NCBI RefSeq assembly: GCF_006345805.1
Contig: NC_043009.1
Coordinates: 44,578,001 to 44,642,000, forward strand
DNA from: Octopus sinensis
Taxonomy: Eukaryota
Direction of reading: 5' to 3'
DNA: 64,000 nt
Shown piece by piece: positions 14,585 through 28,182 of the stretch. The notes under the pieces were generated by a model. That model did no database searches. It worked only from the letters and a program-made list of their open reading frames with translations, and was not told the DNA's origin. How positions within the stretch are numbered: position 1 is the first letter of the stretch; each line of letters opens with the position of its first letter. A program made the position numbers and the translations under genes.

Positions 14585-14992
14585 ATTATCAACCATCTTA
14601 CAAACAATAACTCTGAGCACCTTTTCAAACTCCACCCGTCTAACACCCATGGACATATTTACAAAGTCAGAAAACAGCACAGCTCCCATGACTTTAGGAA
14701 ACATTTTTTCACGCTGAGAGTTGCTGAAGCATGGAACAAACTGCTGGCATCAGTTGTTAGTTGTCGGAGCACTGCATCCTTCAAAACTTGCATGCTTTCT
14801 GAGATTCGCCAACACTACACCTGATTTTCTCCCCTCCATACACACACAAGCATGTATCTGACTCGTACATTGTTCGCTTTCCAGACATTTGTACATTACT
14901 GCATATACTTTATATGCACTTTCTGACAAGTTGTGGTGCACCTGAGCACTGTATACAATAATTTCATTATTATTATTATTATTATTATTATA
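14585..14992 (+). mobile_element. 3' end of a CR1/L2-like LINE
   Basis: Encodes ...NTHGHIYKVRKQHSSHDFRKHFFTLRVAEAWNKLLASVVSCRSTASFKTCM..., matching the CR1-type 'TRGH...FFsxRVxxxWNxLP..VV' C-terminal motif. A 3' UTR and (ATT)n tail follow. Confidence 0.75.
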
Positions 14993-15131
14993 AAGGTACC
15001 TCAATGGTATTAACTACCTCCCTCCTTACAAACTGCTGCCTTGCACCTAAATCAGAAACAATCGTCATTATTACTGTATCAGTCAACTATCCCCTACACC
15101 AAATTTCAGACCTTATACTTATATCAGAAAC

Positions 15132-15165
<34 letters not shown>

Positions 15166-18100
15166 GAGTGAGAGAGTAGTGCATGCCATCAAAGTGAAAC
15201 TGGGGTACAAATATACCAAGCCCAATATACCCATCATGACTACACATCTGATAAGGGTATACCAGGCACATGCATCACAGCCATATGTATATGACTTGGT
15301 GATCTCATATCAAGATAAAGAGTGCATGACCCTGCAAGTGGGGACCAGTTAGAATTTTCTTCAGGTCAAGTAGCCCATTCCACTCAAAAGGTCCCTGAAC
15401 AAGGATTCTTTAAGGATGTTGAATGAAACACCCATGTTTCCAGAAGTGAATTATTCAAACCATAAAGAATTCCTGTCAGCACAAAGCTCTGATGCTTCCC
15501 TACTACTTCTGCTCACGATCAGAGATGCACATAATGTCATCATTATTATTATTATTATCAAGGTATCGAGCTGGGATTGATGCAATTAACTTACCCCTTC
15601 TCCTAAAATTACTGGCCTTGTGCCAAAAATTTGAAATCATCATTATTATTATTACTACTACTATTGTGGTTGATGGCAGAACTGTTAGGACACTGGATTG
15701 TGATAATTTGCTAAGTCCCTTTAGATTCTGAGTTCAAACCCCACCATAGTTCACTTTTTCTTTCATCCCTCCAAAGATCAGTATAATAACCAATTATCAA
15801 GTATTGTGTTTGGTTGATTAAATCAGTCACATTCCGTTCCTCAAATTAGTGGTTGTGTGCCTTAATCATTATTATTTTTATTATATTATTATTATGATTA
15901 TTACAATTAAGGTGGTGGATTGGCAAAATCATTAGTTTGGTGGTGGGTTGCATAAAAGATGAGTGGAAAAGAGGGAGATGAGGTAAAATAGGATAACAGT
16001 ATACAAAATGTTGGAGTCCATCTATGAAGCAGTCCTAATACAAGAGGACCTCTAGCTAAAGCCAGTCAAGGAACTCCACAGACTCCAGGATCACCTTGAC
16101 CACTGATAGAGGAGAACCTGCACTTAAGTACAATCAAGGAACCCCACATATCCAGGATTACATTAACTACTGATAGCACAAGCCCATGCCTGACTGTTGT
16201 TCTCTAGTCTACAGGTATATGCTTAGAGTAAGTCTGGTTTCCAGTTTAGGCCCAAGACCAGCAATTCTGAGTATAGTAGGTGTAATCAAACCATCAACCC
16301 CAGTACTTCACCGGTACTAGATTTTATTAATCCCACAAAGATGAAAGGCAAAGTTGACCTCTGTGGGATTTGAACTCAGAATGGAAAGATCTGTAACTCA
16401 TCTAACAATTATATAAGCCAATCATATCTGAAATCTGTCTCTGTCCTCAAATGAACTCCTACTTCACATAACTGAATATTCTATTTTACTCAAACAAACA
16501 AGCCCCCTTTCATTGGTCTTAACTCTTCTATAATTTTCTCTTTATGTCTCATCAATATGCAATGTTATAAAACTTCACCAAATTTCTGTAATACAACCAA
16601 ATAAGTCTATGCCACTGTACCATCGAAATGGTATTTACATTTTCAGTATTTTTATAACAATTTATGGTTATGCATGTGTAGACAACACATGCACACATGG
16701 CCAAACACACACACACACACAAGTTCAACTGTGGTTTTTAGTCAGAACAAGCACAGACCTATATGAAGATAGTGAAGGTGTATAAAATAGTTTAATGAGT
16801 CATACTCCAAAGGTGATCTCCTATACTCTGCACATAGATACACAGACATTCACATACATGTATCTATAAGGGTGTGTGGGTGAGCATATATGTGTGGGTG
16901 TCATGCTGATAAAGTATCTTTGTAAAAATTAATTACATATGAGCAAAGGCTTATACAAAGAATAATGCATATGAGCATACAAATATATGAAAGTGTGTAT
17001 GTAAGCATAACCTATGTGTAAATATATGTAATTACAAGTAAATGAATAATTATATGATATAAGTGTCTATTGAATGCTTGTGCACAACCCTGGCAACATA
17101 TACACACTGGATTCTTTGACCAAATATACAGGAGCTGATTTCATTGTATAATATGTTGTTACCTGAATAGTGATTAACTGTTTGTAATATATGAGAGAAG
17201 TGCTCTTGTAAAACTATTTTCTTCATATTTCCTCCACACATCTTATATTGTGTTACTCCCTCAAGAAATATGTATTTTCTCTCACAACTCTCTCTCTCTC
17301 CTTCCTTCTTTCTTTCCTTTCTCACACACACATTCTCTTGCTACTGTTTCCCAATGTGATATTGGAGAGATACATGTAGCTAGTCATGCAAAGTGTGATC
17401 AGCTCTGTTGAATGAGCATCAAAGACAATGGCGATTCCAGATAAAGGGTCAGCAAAGCCGGTGTGAACAACAAAACTCTACACTAAATGCAATAAAGTAC
17501 TTAGTTTCAAGTCCCAGACTTGCAGTGATCAACTTTACTTTTGTATCCTGCCAAGGTGGAGAGATTAAGTAAAAGTAATGATGTACCAGGAGTCAATTCA
17601 GACATCATCATCCCTTCATCATCATCATCATCATTTAGTGGCTGTTTTCAATGCTGGCATGGGTTAGACAGTTTGACTAGAACTGGTAAGCTGGAGAGCT
17701 GTACTAGGCTCCAGTCTGGTTTGGTACGATTTCCACAGCTGGATGTCCCTCTTAATGCCAACTACACCCAGACTATAGTGGGTACCATTTACATATCACT
17801 GGCACAGTTGCCTTTTACATGCCACCAGCACACACACACATACACATATGACAAGTTTCTTTCACAGTTTCCATCCCTTGTTTCATTGAAAATTTAATCT
17901 TTTGCTTAAATAGAAATGTAATTTTATTATATCAGAGGTTTAAGAGATAGAAAAAGTAACCTCTTTGACTAGGTCCTTAAATCTTTAGATACCAACCTGC
18001 CTGGGACAGCCCTTGGTTCTTTGATACAAACTCTGTCTTAAAGTAATCTAAATTAAATTCTTTGTAAGCCTAGTACTTATTCTATCGGTCCTTTTTGCCG

Positions 18101-21100
18101 AACTGCTAAGTTACAGGGACAAACACAAACACATAAACACACACACACATTATATTATATATATATATATATACACACACACATATATACAACAGGCTTC
18201 TTTCAGTTTCCATCTGCCAAATCCACTCACAAAGCTTTGGTCGGCCCGAGGCTATAGAAGAAGACACTTGTGCAAGGTGCCACACAGTGGGAATGAATCC
18301 GGAACCATGTGGTTGGTAAGCAAGCTATTTACCACACAGCCACTCAAAATTAAATAAATGTAGAATATATATAAACAGAAATATGGTAACAAAATGGCTT
18401 AATTTGTAGGGCATCTATTGCTCATTTAAAACCCTACCAAAAGAAAAGTTCACTTTTCTTTTAAACATGATGCTTTCTTTGTGAAGATGGGTAACCCATA
18501 AAAAGTTTTCCCTTATAACCTTAACATCTATATATATATGTTATTTCTACCAGATGAAAAAATATGTCCTATACAATTCTTCCATGTTTAGTTTCCTCAC
18601 ATGTCTGTGTGATTTATTCAGAATTTTATAATTTATGAATGTGCTAGAAATTATGAAGTACTGACATATACATTATAATCGTTTTAATGACTACTTTTCC
18701 ATGCTTGCATAGATCAGACAATTTATTGATGTGGAATTTCTATGGAGCTGGATGTCCTCCCTGTCACCAACTCTTAGGTAATATTTTCCTCATGTCCAGA
18801 CATGTTTTCATGGAAGATCGGAAATGAATGACACCACTTGCATAACAGTGACACTTGTTTACAACCACCATGCAATGTCAAGGTAAGGAGACAGTAATAC
18901 ACATACAAGCACGTGCACACACACACACACACAACAGGCTTCTTTCAGTTTCCATCTACCAAATCCACTCGCAAAACTTTTGTTGGCCTGGGGTACTATA
19001 GTACAAGACACTTGCCCAAAGTGCCATGCAGTGAGATTGAACCCAAAACTATACATTTAGGAAGCAAATGTTTTACCATATATATCATCATCATGGGTTG
19101 AGACAGCTTGATAGGATTCAATAAGAGGATGACATCTAGTGTCTCAGTTTTGGCATGGTTTCTATGGTTGGATGCTCATCTTAACAATAACCACTTTACA
19201 GAATTTATTAGGGGGGTTTTCCTATAGTACCATTACTATAGAGGTTGCCTTGCCATTAGCAAGTGTAAAGAACCTTCTCAAGCCCTGCCTTGTCACTACT
19301 CAATTTGGTTTAGCATATAATATACATGCAACACACCAAAATGGCCTATCGGTAATAACAGTTTTTCTCTTAGTTCTTGCATTATTTTCTGTTTTACATT
19401 TGATAAACGGAAGCCTTCTACATATTTTACTTAATTTCTCACCTGCATTGCTAAAGTATTTTTTCAAACAGTTATACCAGTTATACCATTTACACACACA
19501 CACACACACAAGATGTAGTTGTGTGGCCAAGAAGCTTGCTTCCCAATTACATGGTCTCAGGTATAGTCACATTGCATGGCACATTGGGCAAGTATTTTCT
19601 ACTATAACCCCAAGTCAACAGAAACTGAAGCTTGTCATATGTGTGTGCATACTCTTGTTGTCATGTCATGTGATGGTTGTAAATGAGCATCACCATCATA
19701 CAAGCATCGTTGTTCATTTCCTGTCTTCTGTGAAAGCATATGCGGTCATGGGAAAATATTAACTAGCTTGGCAAGATGTGAGGGTTGACGATAGGAAGGG
19801 CATTTGGCCATAGAAAATCTGCCTCAACAAATTCCTTCTGACCCAAGCAAGTATGGAAAAGTGGACACTAAATGATGATGATGATGATGTGTTGAAAATC
19901 TTGAAGAATTATATGGAATCACTGTATTGATTTAGATAAGTATTAATATGGATAAGAAAACCCCGTGATATGATTTATGGAAAAGATCATGTTTTCTCCT
20001 CACTCTCCATGTATAAATAAGAATTTATATATTTGTAAAGATTAATTAATAAATGTTCTTAAATTCAATAATTAACAAGTCAAATACATTGAAATAGTGA
20101 CTCAGTATTGAAATATGTATTAATTAATGTAAATTATTATTAATTAGTGGATGACTGTTATTTCAGCATTTTAAAATTAATTGTTCCAAATTTATTACTA
20201 TGTGGCTTTCTTACATTTATTAAATTATACATAATTAACAATGCTAACATAGGATTGTTGTGTCCTCTGTGTGATTACGTGGCCTGTGAGAAACAACAGC
20301 TAAATCTCTCTCACTTACATTTTACTGTTTTGGAAAAGAAACAAATATACGGTGTGGCAGAAAAACCTCCAGTATTTTAGACAGCCATTGGTGTGGCACT
20401 AGTGAAGTTAGTTAGCTGGTAGTAGTGTCTTTGTGTAGCTAATGCTTAACCATTTTCTTTTAGTTACCATTATGGTTTGATTTGGTGCATATCATTTGTT
20501 GAAACACCTGTCAACCTCTAAAATATGCAAATTTTTTATGACACACACTGCATATCCAAGATACATTTTGCTTTGAACAAAAACTGAATAAAAGTTGATC
20601 ACAGCTTGCATTTATTTGAATAATATGTCTTTATAACCAGATATGAGCCAGAGTTTAACTACAACAACAATAGCACTCTAGCTCATGCATTCTGAGTTCA
20701 AATTCTGCTAAGGTCATCTTTGACGTTCATCTCTCTGTCATGAGTAAATTAAAGTACCAATCAAGTACTGAGGTTAGCATAATTGCATATTCCCCGTCTT
20801 GTCACAATTTCAGGCCTTGTACCATGGAAACAAAGGTGGCAAGTTGACAGAATCATTAGTCAAGAAAAAATACTCAGTAGCATTCTTCTGGCTCTTTGCA
20901 TACATAAGTTCAAATCCTGCCTAGGTCTACATTATCTGTCATCCTTTAGGGTTGATATAATCAATACCAGCTGAACATTGAAGTCGATGTAATTGACATT
21001 TCCCTCTCATTAAAATTCCTGGCCTTGTACCAAAATTAGAAAATTATTACTATTTAACTGTATTTGATCAAGGTTAATATGGAGGGGGATATAATAGCAC

Positions 21101-22855
21101 CCCCCACACACACAATTGGCAAACAGAGGAATTATTTGACAGAATTGTTACAACCATATTTCTTTCAGTTCTTGAGATTCTGAGTTCAAATTTCACTGAG
21201 GTCAAATTTGCTTTTCATTCTTCTGGGGGTCAATAAAGTCCCAGTCAGGTACTGGGATTGTTTTAATCAACTAGTCCTTTTCCCCACATTTCTGGCATTT
21301 TGCCTATGTTACCAACAATCATTATCATTTAACAAAAAAAAAAAGAAATCATCATCATAATTATTACTGTGATGTACCCTCACCATCATTGTCCTAATTA
21401 TTATTATTATTGTTAAGGTGGCAAACGGTCAGAATTGTTAGCACACTGGATGAAATGCTCAGTGGTGTTCCACCTGTCGCTACATTCTGAGGTCAACTTT
21501 GCTTTTCATCCTTTCGGGGTTGATAAATTAAGTACCAGTCAAGTACTAGGGTTGATGTAATTGACTATCCCCTCCCCCAAATTTCATGCCTTGTGTATAT
21601 AATAGAAAGGATTATTACTATTATTGTTATGTACCTCCACCCTGTTATTGCCATCATCATCATCATCATCATCATCATCATTATTATTAAGGTAGTGAGT
21701 TGGCAGAATTGTTAGCACTTCATGCTAAGTGCTTAGTAGCATTTTTTTCTATGTTTTAAGTTCAAATCCCACCAAGGTCAACTTTGCCTTTCATCCTTTT
21801 GGGGTCAATGTAATCAACTTGCTCCATCCCCTCAAAACTACTGGTCTTGTGCTAAAATCATCATCATCCTCACCGCCACTATCACCATCATCATTATCAT
21901 CATCATCACATGTTATCCCTCTACATTCTCTGAAAAATTGCAGAAGTACAAAAACAATAGTCAGCTAATATGAATTCCATCCATGCCCTTCCTTCCAAAT
22001 CACAACAGCTTAAAACATTTAAGTATGTTAAACCAAACCATCGGCTCACCATACCTTATTATATATTACTGCTTTAATTTTACCAAGGAGAATATGGGTA
22101 GCCCAGTGGTTAAGTTATACAGCTCATGATTAGAAATTCCTGGGTTCAGCTCTTTCCCTTTGAAGCTGTCACATCCTTGATATTTTGCTACGTCAAGAGT
22201 GAAAATGACCAAGAGATTGTTTGGTTGCAACTACATAGGGACCTAAGACAATAAATAAAAGTATGGTAGAGAGTGCCAAACCTTACTTGTTTGTATGGCT
22301 CGATAATAGCAGTGGGCATTTGTACTCTCTCTTTTCTGTTATCTCTTTCTATTTCTTTTGTTCTTTACTTTTTCTCATATGTATTACTATCTCTCTCTAT
22401 CTCTCATACTTGTTTCTTAAACTTCTTTCAGATTGTGGGGTTCTTTTTCTTTATTGTAAAGGACAAAATCATTAGAGTACTGAACAAAATGACTTGCAGT
22501 ATTTCTTTTTGCCTTTCACCCCTCTGAGGTTGAGAGCATAAGATATCCCAGTTAAGTACTGGGTCAGTATAACTGACTGTTGTACCCTCTCCGACCCAGT
22601 TTCAGGCCCTGTGTCTAAATTTAAAATTATTGTTAGTAAACTGCTAGAGCATTCCAAAACAACAGAAAGATATTGCACATGCGGAGTGGTTGGCGTTAGG
22701 AAGGGCATCCACCCATAGAAACATTGCCAGATCAGACTGGGTCTGGTGCAACCTTCTGGCTTCCCAGACCCCAGTTGAACCTTCCAACCCATGCTAGCAT
22801 GGAAAGCGGACACTATACCAAGATGATGATATATATATATATATGTGTATATATG

Positions 22856-22891
<36 letters not shown>

Positions 22892-23091
22892 CTTTATCTA
22901 AAAGCAGCAGAAATATAACAAAAGCTGTTACTCAGAGTTTCATGTTCCCATTCATGACAAACGGGAACGTGAAACTCTGAGTAACAGCTTTTGTTATATT
23001 TCTGCTCCTGTTAAATAAAGCATATTACTCTACCTCTGGTATTTGAGTACTCTTTTTGCCACCTTGTTTCACATTTATGTGCTTACTCCGG
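22892..23091. mobile_element. Inverted-repeat element with degenerate hammerhead-ribozyme half-motifs (Penelope-like terminal-repeat remnant)
   Basis: 43-bp arms at 22907-22949 and 22963-23005. Each arm reads a 3-bp stem II with GGAA loop, then GAAAC, near-palindromic ACTCTGAGT and a GTA triplet. (TA)n on both sides. Confidence 0.6.
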
Positions 23092-23094
23092 TAT

Positions 23095-23140
<46 letters not shown>

Positions 23141-23261
23141 ATATAGAGGGCATTATTACACATACATGCCACACGCTAAGAGGGACAAGGATAAAATCTA
23201 TATGTGATTTTATCAGGTAATTAGCATGTAATAACCAGTTAAGGTAAAAATTAATAAGAGT

Positions 23262-23619
23262 ACATAATTTTATAAGTATAATTATAAAACTATATTAAGG
23301 GCAACTGGTGAGTGTTTCATCAGGCCAGCTTACATGCTAAAAGAAGATGCCAAATGGCGCTAAACTACCTTGTGTATCATATAAATGTGCGCTGAAAGCA
23401 AGGAATTAAATTAAAAAAGATTTATGAAGAGGTTCAGTTATGTATCACTTGATTTCAGGATTATAGATGAATATCCATTTTCTTTCCTCAATGTGTGTTT
23501 GGGATATTTAAGGTAGTTTAGCGCCATTTGGTGTCTTCTTTTAGCATGTGGCCTGGCATTTTGAAATATTCACCAGTTGCCCTTAATATAGCTTTATAAT
23601 TATACTTATAAAATTATGT
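23262..23619. mobile_element. Foldback/MITE-like element with ~110 bp imperfect terminal inverted repeats
   Basis: Left arm 23262-23371 ('acataattttataag...gcgctaaactacctt') is the imperfect reverse complement of 23510-23619. Spacer ~138 bp. Confidence 0.75.
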
Positions 23620-23633
23620 TCTCTCTCTCTCTC

Positions 23634-23635
<2 letters not shown>

Positions 23636-23685
<50 letters not shown>

Positions 23686-23705
23686 TATATGTATGTATAT
23701 ATATG

Positions 23706-23752
<47 letters not shown>

Positions 23753-23882
23753 GTATGTATATGTATGTATGTATATGTATGTATATATATGTATATATAA
23801 TATGTATATATATATATGTTATATATATGTATGTATATGTATGTATATATATGTATGTATATGTATGTATATATGTATGTAT

Positions 23883-23914
<32 letters not shown>

Positions 23915-23957
23915 ATATATATATGTATGTATGTATATATATGTATATATATATATG

Positions 23958-24016
<59 letters not shown>

Positions 24017-24115
24017 GTATATATGTATGTATGTATATATATATGTATGTATATATGTATGTATATATATATATGTATGTATATATGTATGTATATATAT
24101 ATATATGTATGTATG

Positions 24116-24146
<31 letters not shown>

Positions 24147-24339
24147 ATATGTATGTATATATATATATGTATATATGTATGTATGTATATATATATATGT
24201 ATGTATGTATATATGTATGTATATATATATATGTATGTATGTATATATGTATGTATATATATATATGTATGTATATATGTATGTATATATATATGTATAT
24301 ATGTATGTATGTATGTATATATGTGTATATATATATATG

Positions 24340-24378
<39 letters not shown>

Positions 24379-25128
24379 GTATATATGTATGTATATATGT
24401 ATATATATATATGTATGTATATATGTATGTATATATGTATATATATATGTATGTATATATATATGTATATATATATGTATGTATATATATATGTATATTA
24501 TATATATGTATATATATATTATATGTATGTATATATATATGTATATATATATGTATGTATATATTATGTATATATATATATGTATGTATATATAATGTAT
24601 GTATATATATATGTATATATATATGTATGTATTATATATGTATATATAATGTATGTATATATATATATGTATGTATATATATATATGTATGTATGTATAT
24701 ATGTATTATATATGTATGTATGTATATTATATATATGTATGTATATATATATGTATATATATATATAATATGTATATATATGTATGTATGTATAATATAT
24801 GTATATATATATATATGTATGTATATATATATGTGTATATATATATATGTATGTATATATATATGTATATATATATGTATATATATATTGTATATATATA
24901 TATGTATATATATATATGTATATATATATGTATATAATATGTATGTATATATATATGTATATATATATGTATATATATATGTATGTATATATATATGTGT
25001 GTATGTATATATGTATATATATATTATGTATATATGTATATATATATATATATTATGTATGCATATATATATATATATATACACACACACTCACACAAAT
25101 ATATATATATGTATACATATATGTATGA
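23636..25128. repeat. ~1.5 kb compound (TA)n/(TATG)n microsatellite
   Basis: Continuous TA/TATG units. It explains the 505, 362 and 259 aa Y/I/M/C/V pseudo-ORFs. Confidence 0.98.
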
Positions 25129-25951
25129 ACTGAACTGGCATTGTCAGTTATGATGACGAGTGTTCCACTTGATCCAATTAACTGAAAAGCCTGCTTATGA
25201 AATTAATACGTAAGTGGCTGAGCACTCCACAGACAAGTGTAGCCTTAATGCAGTTTTCAAGGAGATTCAGTATGACAAAGAGTGTGACAAGGCCGGCTCC
25301 TTTGAATTACAGGTACGATACATTTTTGCCAGCTGAGTGGGCTGGAGCAACATGAAATAAAGAGTCTTGCTCAAGGACACCAGATGACACCAGGTATTGA
25401 ACTCATGATCTTACAGTCACGAGCCAAATGCACAAATCATTAAGTCATGCAACTTCATACATATATGTAAATGCATACATACATACACATATCCAAAATG
25501 GAGACAGATTTCCAACAATTTAAAGTGGAATGCATAATAATTGCAATGTATCACATGAAACCAATGATAGTATTGTAAATCCTTAAATTATATATATGTA
25601 TATATATATATATATTCTTTTACTTGTTTCAGTCATTTGACTGTGGCCATGCTAAAGCACTGCCTTTCGTCAAGCTAATCGAACCGCTAAGTAACAGGGA
25701 TGTAAACTCACTAACATCGGTTGTCATGCGATGGTGGTGGTGGGTCAAACACATGCACACAAAGATATATATAAATATATATATACATATATATATAAAT
25801 TAAATTAGAGATAAAACCACTATTAGGCAAATCAAACAGTGAAAAACATAAACCAAAACATAGAAATAAAATTAATTCATATAAAATACAAAATATATAA
25901 AATTGAAAATTTAAATAATTTAAATTTAAAGTTAAAAATTTAAAATTATTA

Positions 25952-25982
<31 letters not shown>

Positions 25983-26821
25983 CGATGGGCTTCTTTCAAT
26001 TTCCATCTACCAAATCCTCTCACAAGGCTTTGGTTGGCCCAAGGCTATAGTAGAAGACACTTGCTGAAGGTGACATGGAGTGGGACTGAACCCAGAACTA
26101 TGTGGTTGGGAAGCAAGCTTCTTACCACACAGCCATGCCTGCGCCTATATACGTATATAATATGTGTGTGTGTGTGTGTGTGTGTATACACACACACACA
26201 TACATACAAAGACAAAAATATATTGATGCATACTTTTACACACAAGCACTTATGTGTATACACAGACACACTACCATCACACACATCCCCACCCTTCTCA
26301 CTCCTCCCCCCACCAAACATACCTAATTCTGTAATGTTACAACCTTGTGTCATTGTCCTAGTGTGTGTGTGTGTTTCTTTTTGTTGCTTTTGTTGGGGAT
26401 TTTTTTTTTTCAGTTGTTTAATATTTCCCAAATCTTGTTTCTTTCATTGATCATCAATAAATACTGTTGGAAGGGGAATTTTTGTTTTATATTTTTTGCT
26501 TGTTTTTATTTCTCTTCTTCCACCCTCACCTTTTTCCAGTTTTTATTTTAGTTATCCATTTACTTATTTCTCAACTGTTCATAGGTATTTTCCTCTTAAT
26601 CAGTGGTTCAATTCATTTGGTTTATTTGTTTCATGTCATCAATTATTGTTAGCATAGGATATGTGTAGTGGTATGGTTAGAAGTTTGCTTTCCCAAGCAC
26701 ATGGTCCAGTTCTACTGCTTGACACCTTGGACAAATCTCTTCTGCTATAACCTCAGGCTGACCAAAGCCTTGTCAGTATATTTAGTTGACAGAAACTGAA
26801 AGAAACTTGTGTATATATATA

Positions 26822-26864
<43 letters not shown>

Positions 26865-26866
<2 letters not shown>

Positions 26867-27200
26867 GTAAATCCTTGAGTATAAATCCGCATTTTTTTCC
26901 CAAAATTTAACGGTCAAAATCCTTAGTGCGTACTATATACGAGGTTAAAAATGAAAACTATTTTCTCAGCAATGTCCAAGTCTCCATTTGCTGTCTGGCA
27001 ATGTTTATTCATATGCATTTTGTGATGTCGGGTGCGAAAATACCTTAAGCTAAGCCTGAAAGCAATGAAGTCATAAAAGAATCATCCATAACTTGCATTA
27101 AGCAACATTTATTAAAATAAAAGTATTCAGAACACAGAATAACATGTAACAAACACAATTTGCAAACATATTTACATTCCCAAATTACAGTTAAGAACAT
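26865..27200 (+). mobile_element. Truncated pogo/Tc1-mariner-type DNA transposon or MITE, left end only
   Basis: Begins TA|ccgtaaatccttgagtataaatccgcattttttt, resembling pogo-family terminal repeats, and sits in (TA)n. No matching right end was seen; the right boundary is approximate. Confidence 0.45.
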
Positions 27201-27778
27201 CACCATTATTGTATTACGCATGCACGGAAGTGTTTGTTCGACTAGGTGCTACAGGTGAGGGTTGGTGACAGAAAGGGTATCTAGCCATAAGAAATCTGCC
27301 TCATCAAATTCCGTTTGACTCATGCCAAGCATAGAAAAGAGGACATTAAAATGAGTCTAGCAGAAATTGCACCAATAATGATTACTTTCCAACTTAAAAA
27401 TAAATTCTTCACCAGAAACCCCAAATGTACCCCTAGAATTCTAACATTTCTCTCAGGTTAGGAATTGTTGACCTAAACATATATCAACATGGTTGTAGTA
27501 AGACTTGAACCCACAACCTGTTAATTAACAATCTATATGTGTTATATAGAGACTTCTGGTATCAGTATAAGACTAGAAATTTGTGAGTGCTATAATTAAT
27601 TGTATTAACCTCATTATACAGCTGATATTTATTTTGCTAACCCAGAAGGCAAAGTCAACTTTATAAAAGGATACCAGGTATTTAGTCTAGCACTCTACTG
27701 TTTGTGCCAATCCACAAGCCTCTGTGATTGTAGAATAGAAAACAATGTTTCCAGTAACCTGAAGGTATAAAAAGCTGG

Positions 27779-28010
27779 AAGGCGGCGAGCTGGCAGAAAC
27801 GTTAGCACGCCGGGCAAAATGCTTAGCGGTATTTTGTCTGCCACTACGTTCTGAGTTCAAATTCCGCAGAGGTCGACTTTGCCTTTCATCCTTTCGGGGT
27901 CGATTAAATAAGTACCAGTTATGCACTGGAGTCAATGTAATCGACTTAATCCGTTTGTCTGTCCTTGTTTGTCCCCTCTGTGTGTAGCTCCTTGTGGTCA
28001 GTAAAGAAAT
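27779..28010 (+). mobile_element. Young tRNA-derived SINE with 16-bp TSD
   Basis: TSD 'aggtataaaaagctgg' at 27763-27778 and 28011-28026. Same family as 9308-9547. Confidence 0.9.
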
Positions 28011-28182
28011 AGGTATAAAAAGCTGGTGTTTTTAAGACCCAATATAAAAAGACAGGGTGGATGTAAATGCTAGATGTCATTCCATCAATCATACTATACA
28101 CTTAGACAAGCAATCTGTCAACAGACAAGTCTGTAGTTTTCTTTAAATGATGCTACTGGTCTTACATCCCCAGCTAGAAGTA

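Noticed and set aside
20250-20380. Zinc-finger-like CPLCDYVACEKQQLNLSHLH after an AG
   Set aside because: Cys/His spacing is off by one from C2H2, there is a single finger with a weak acceptor and an early stop, and no partner exons.
23616-25133. 505, 362 and 259 aa ORFs rich in Y/I/M/C/V
   Set aside because: Translations of the TA/TATG microsatellite, open only because the repeat lacks stop codons.
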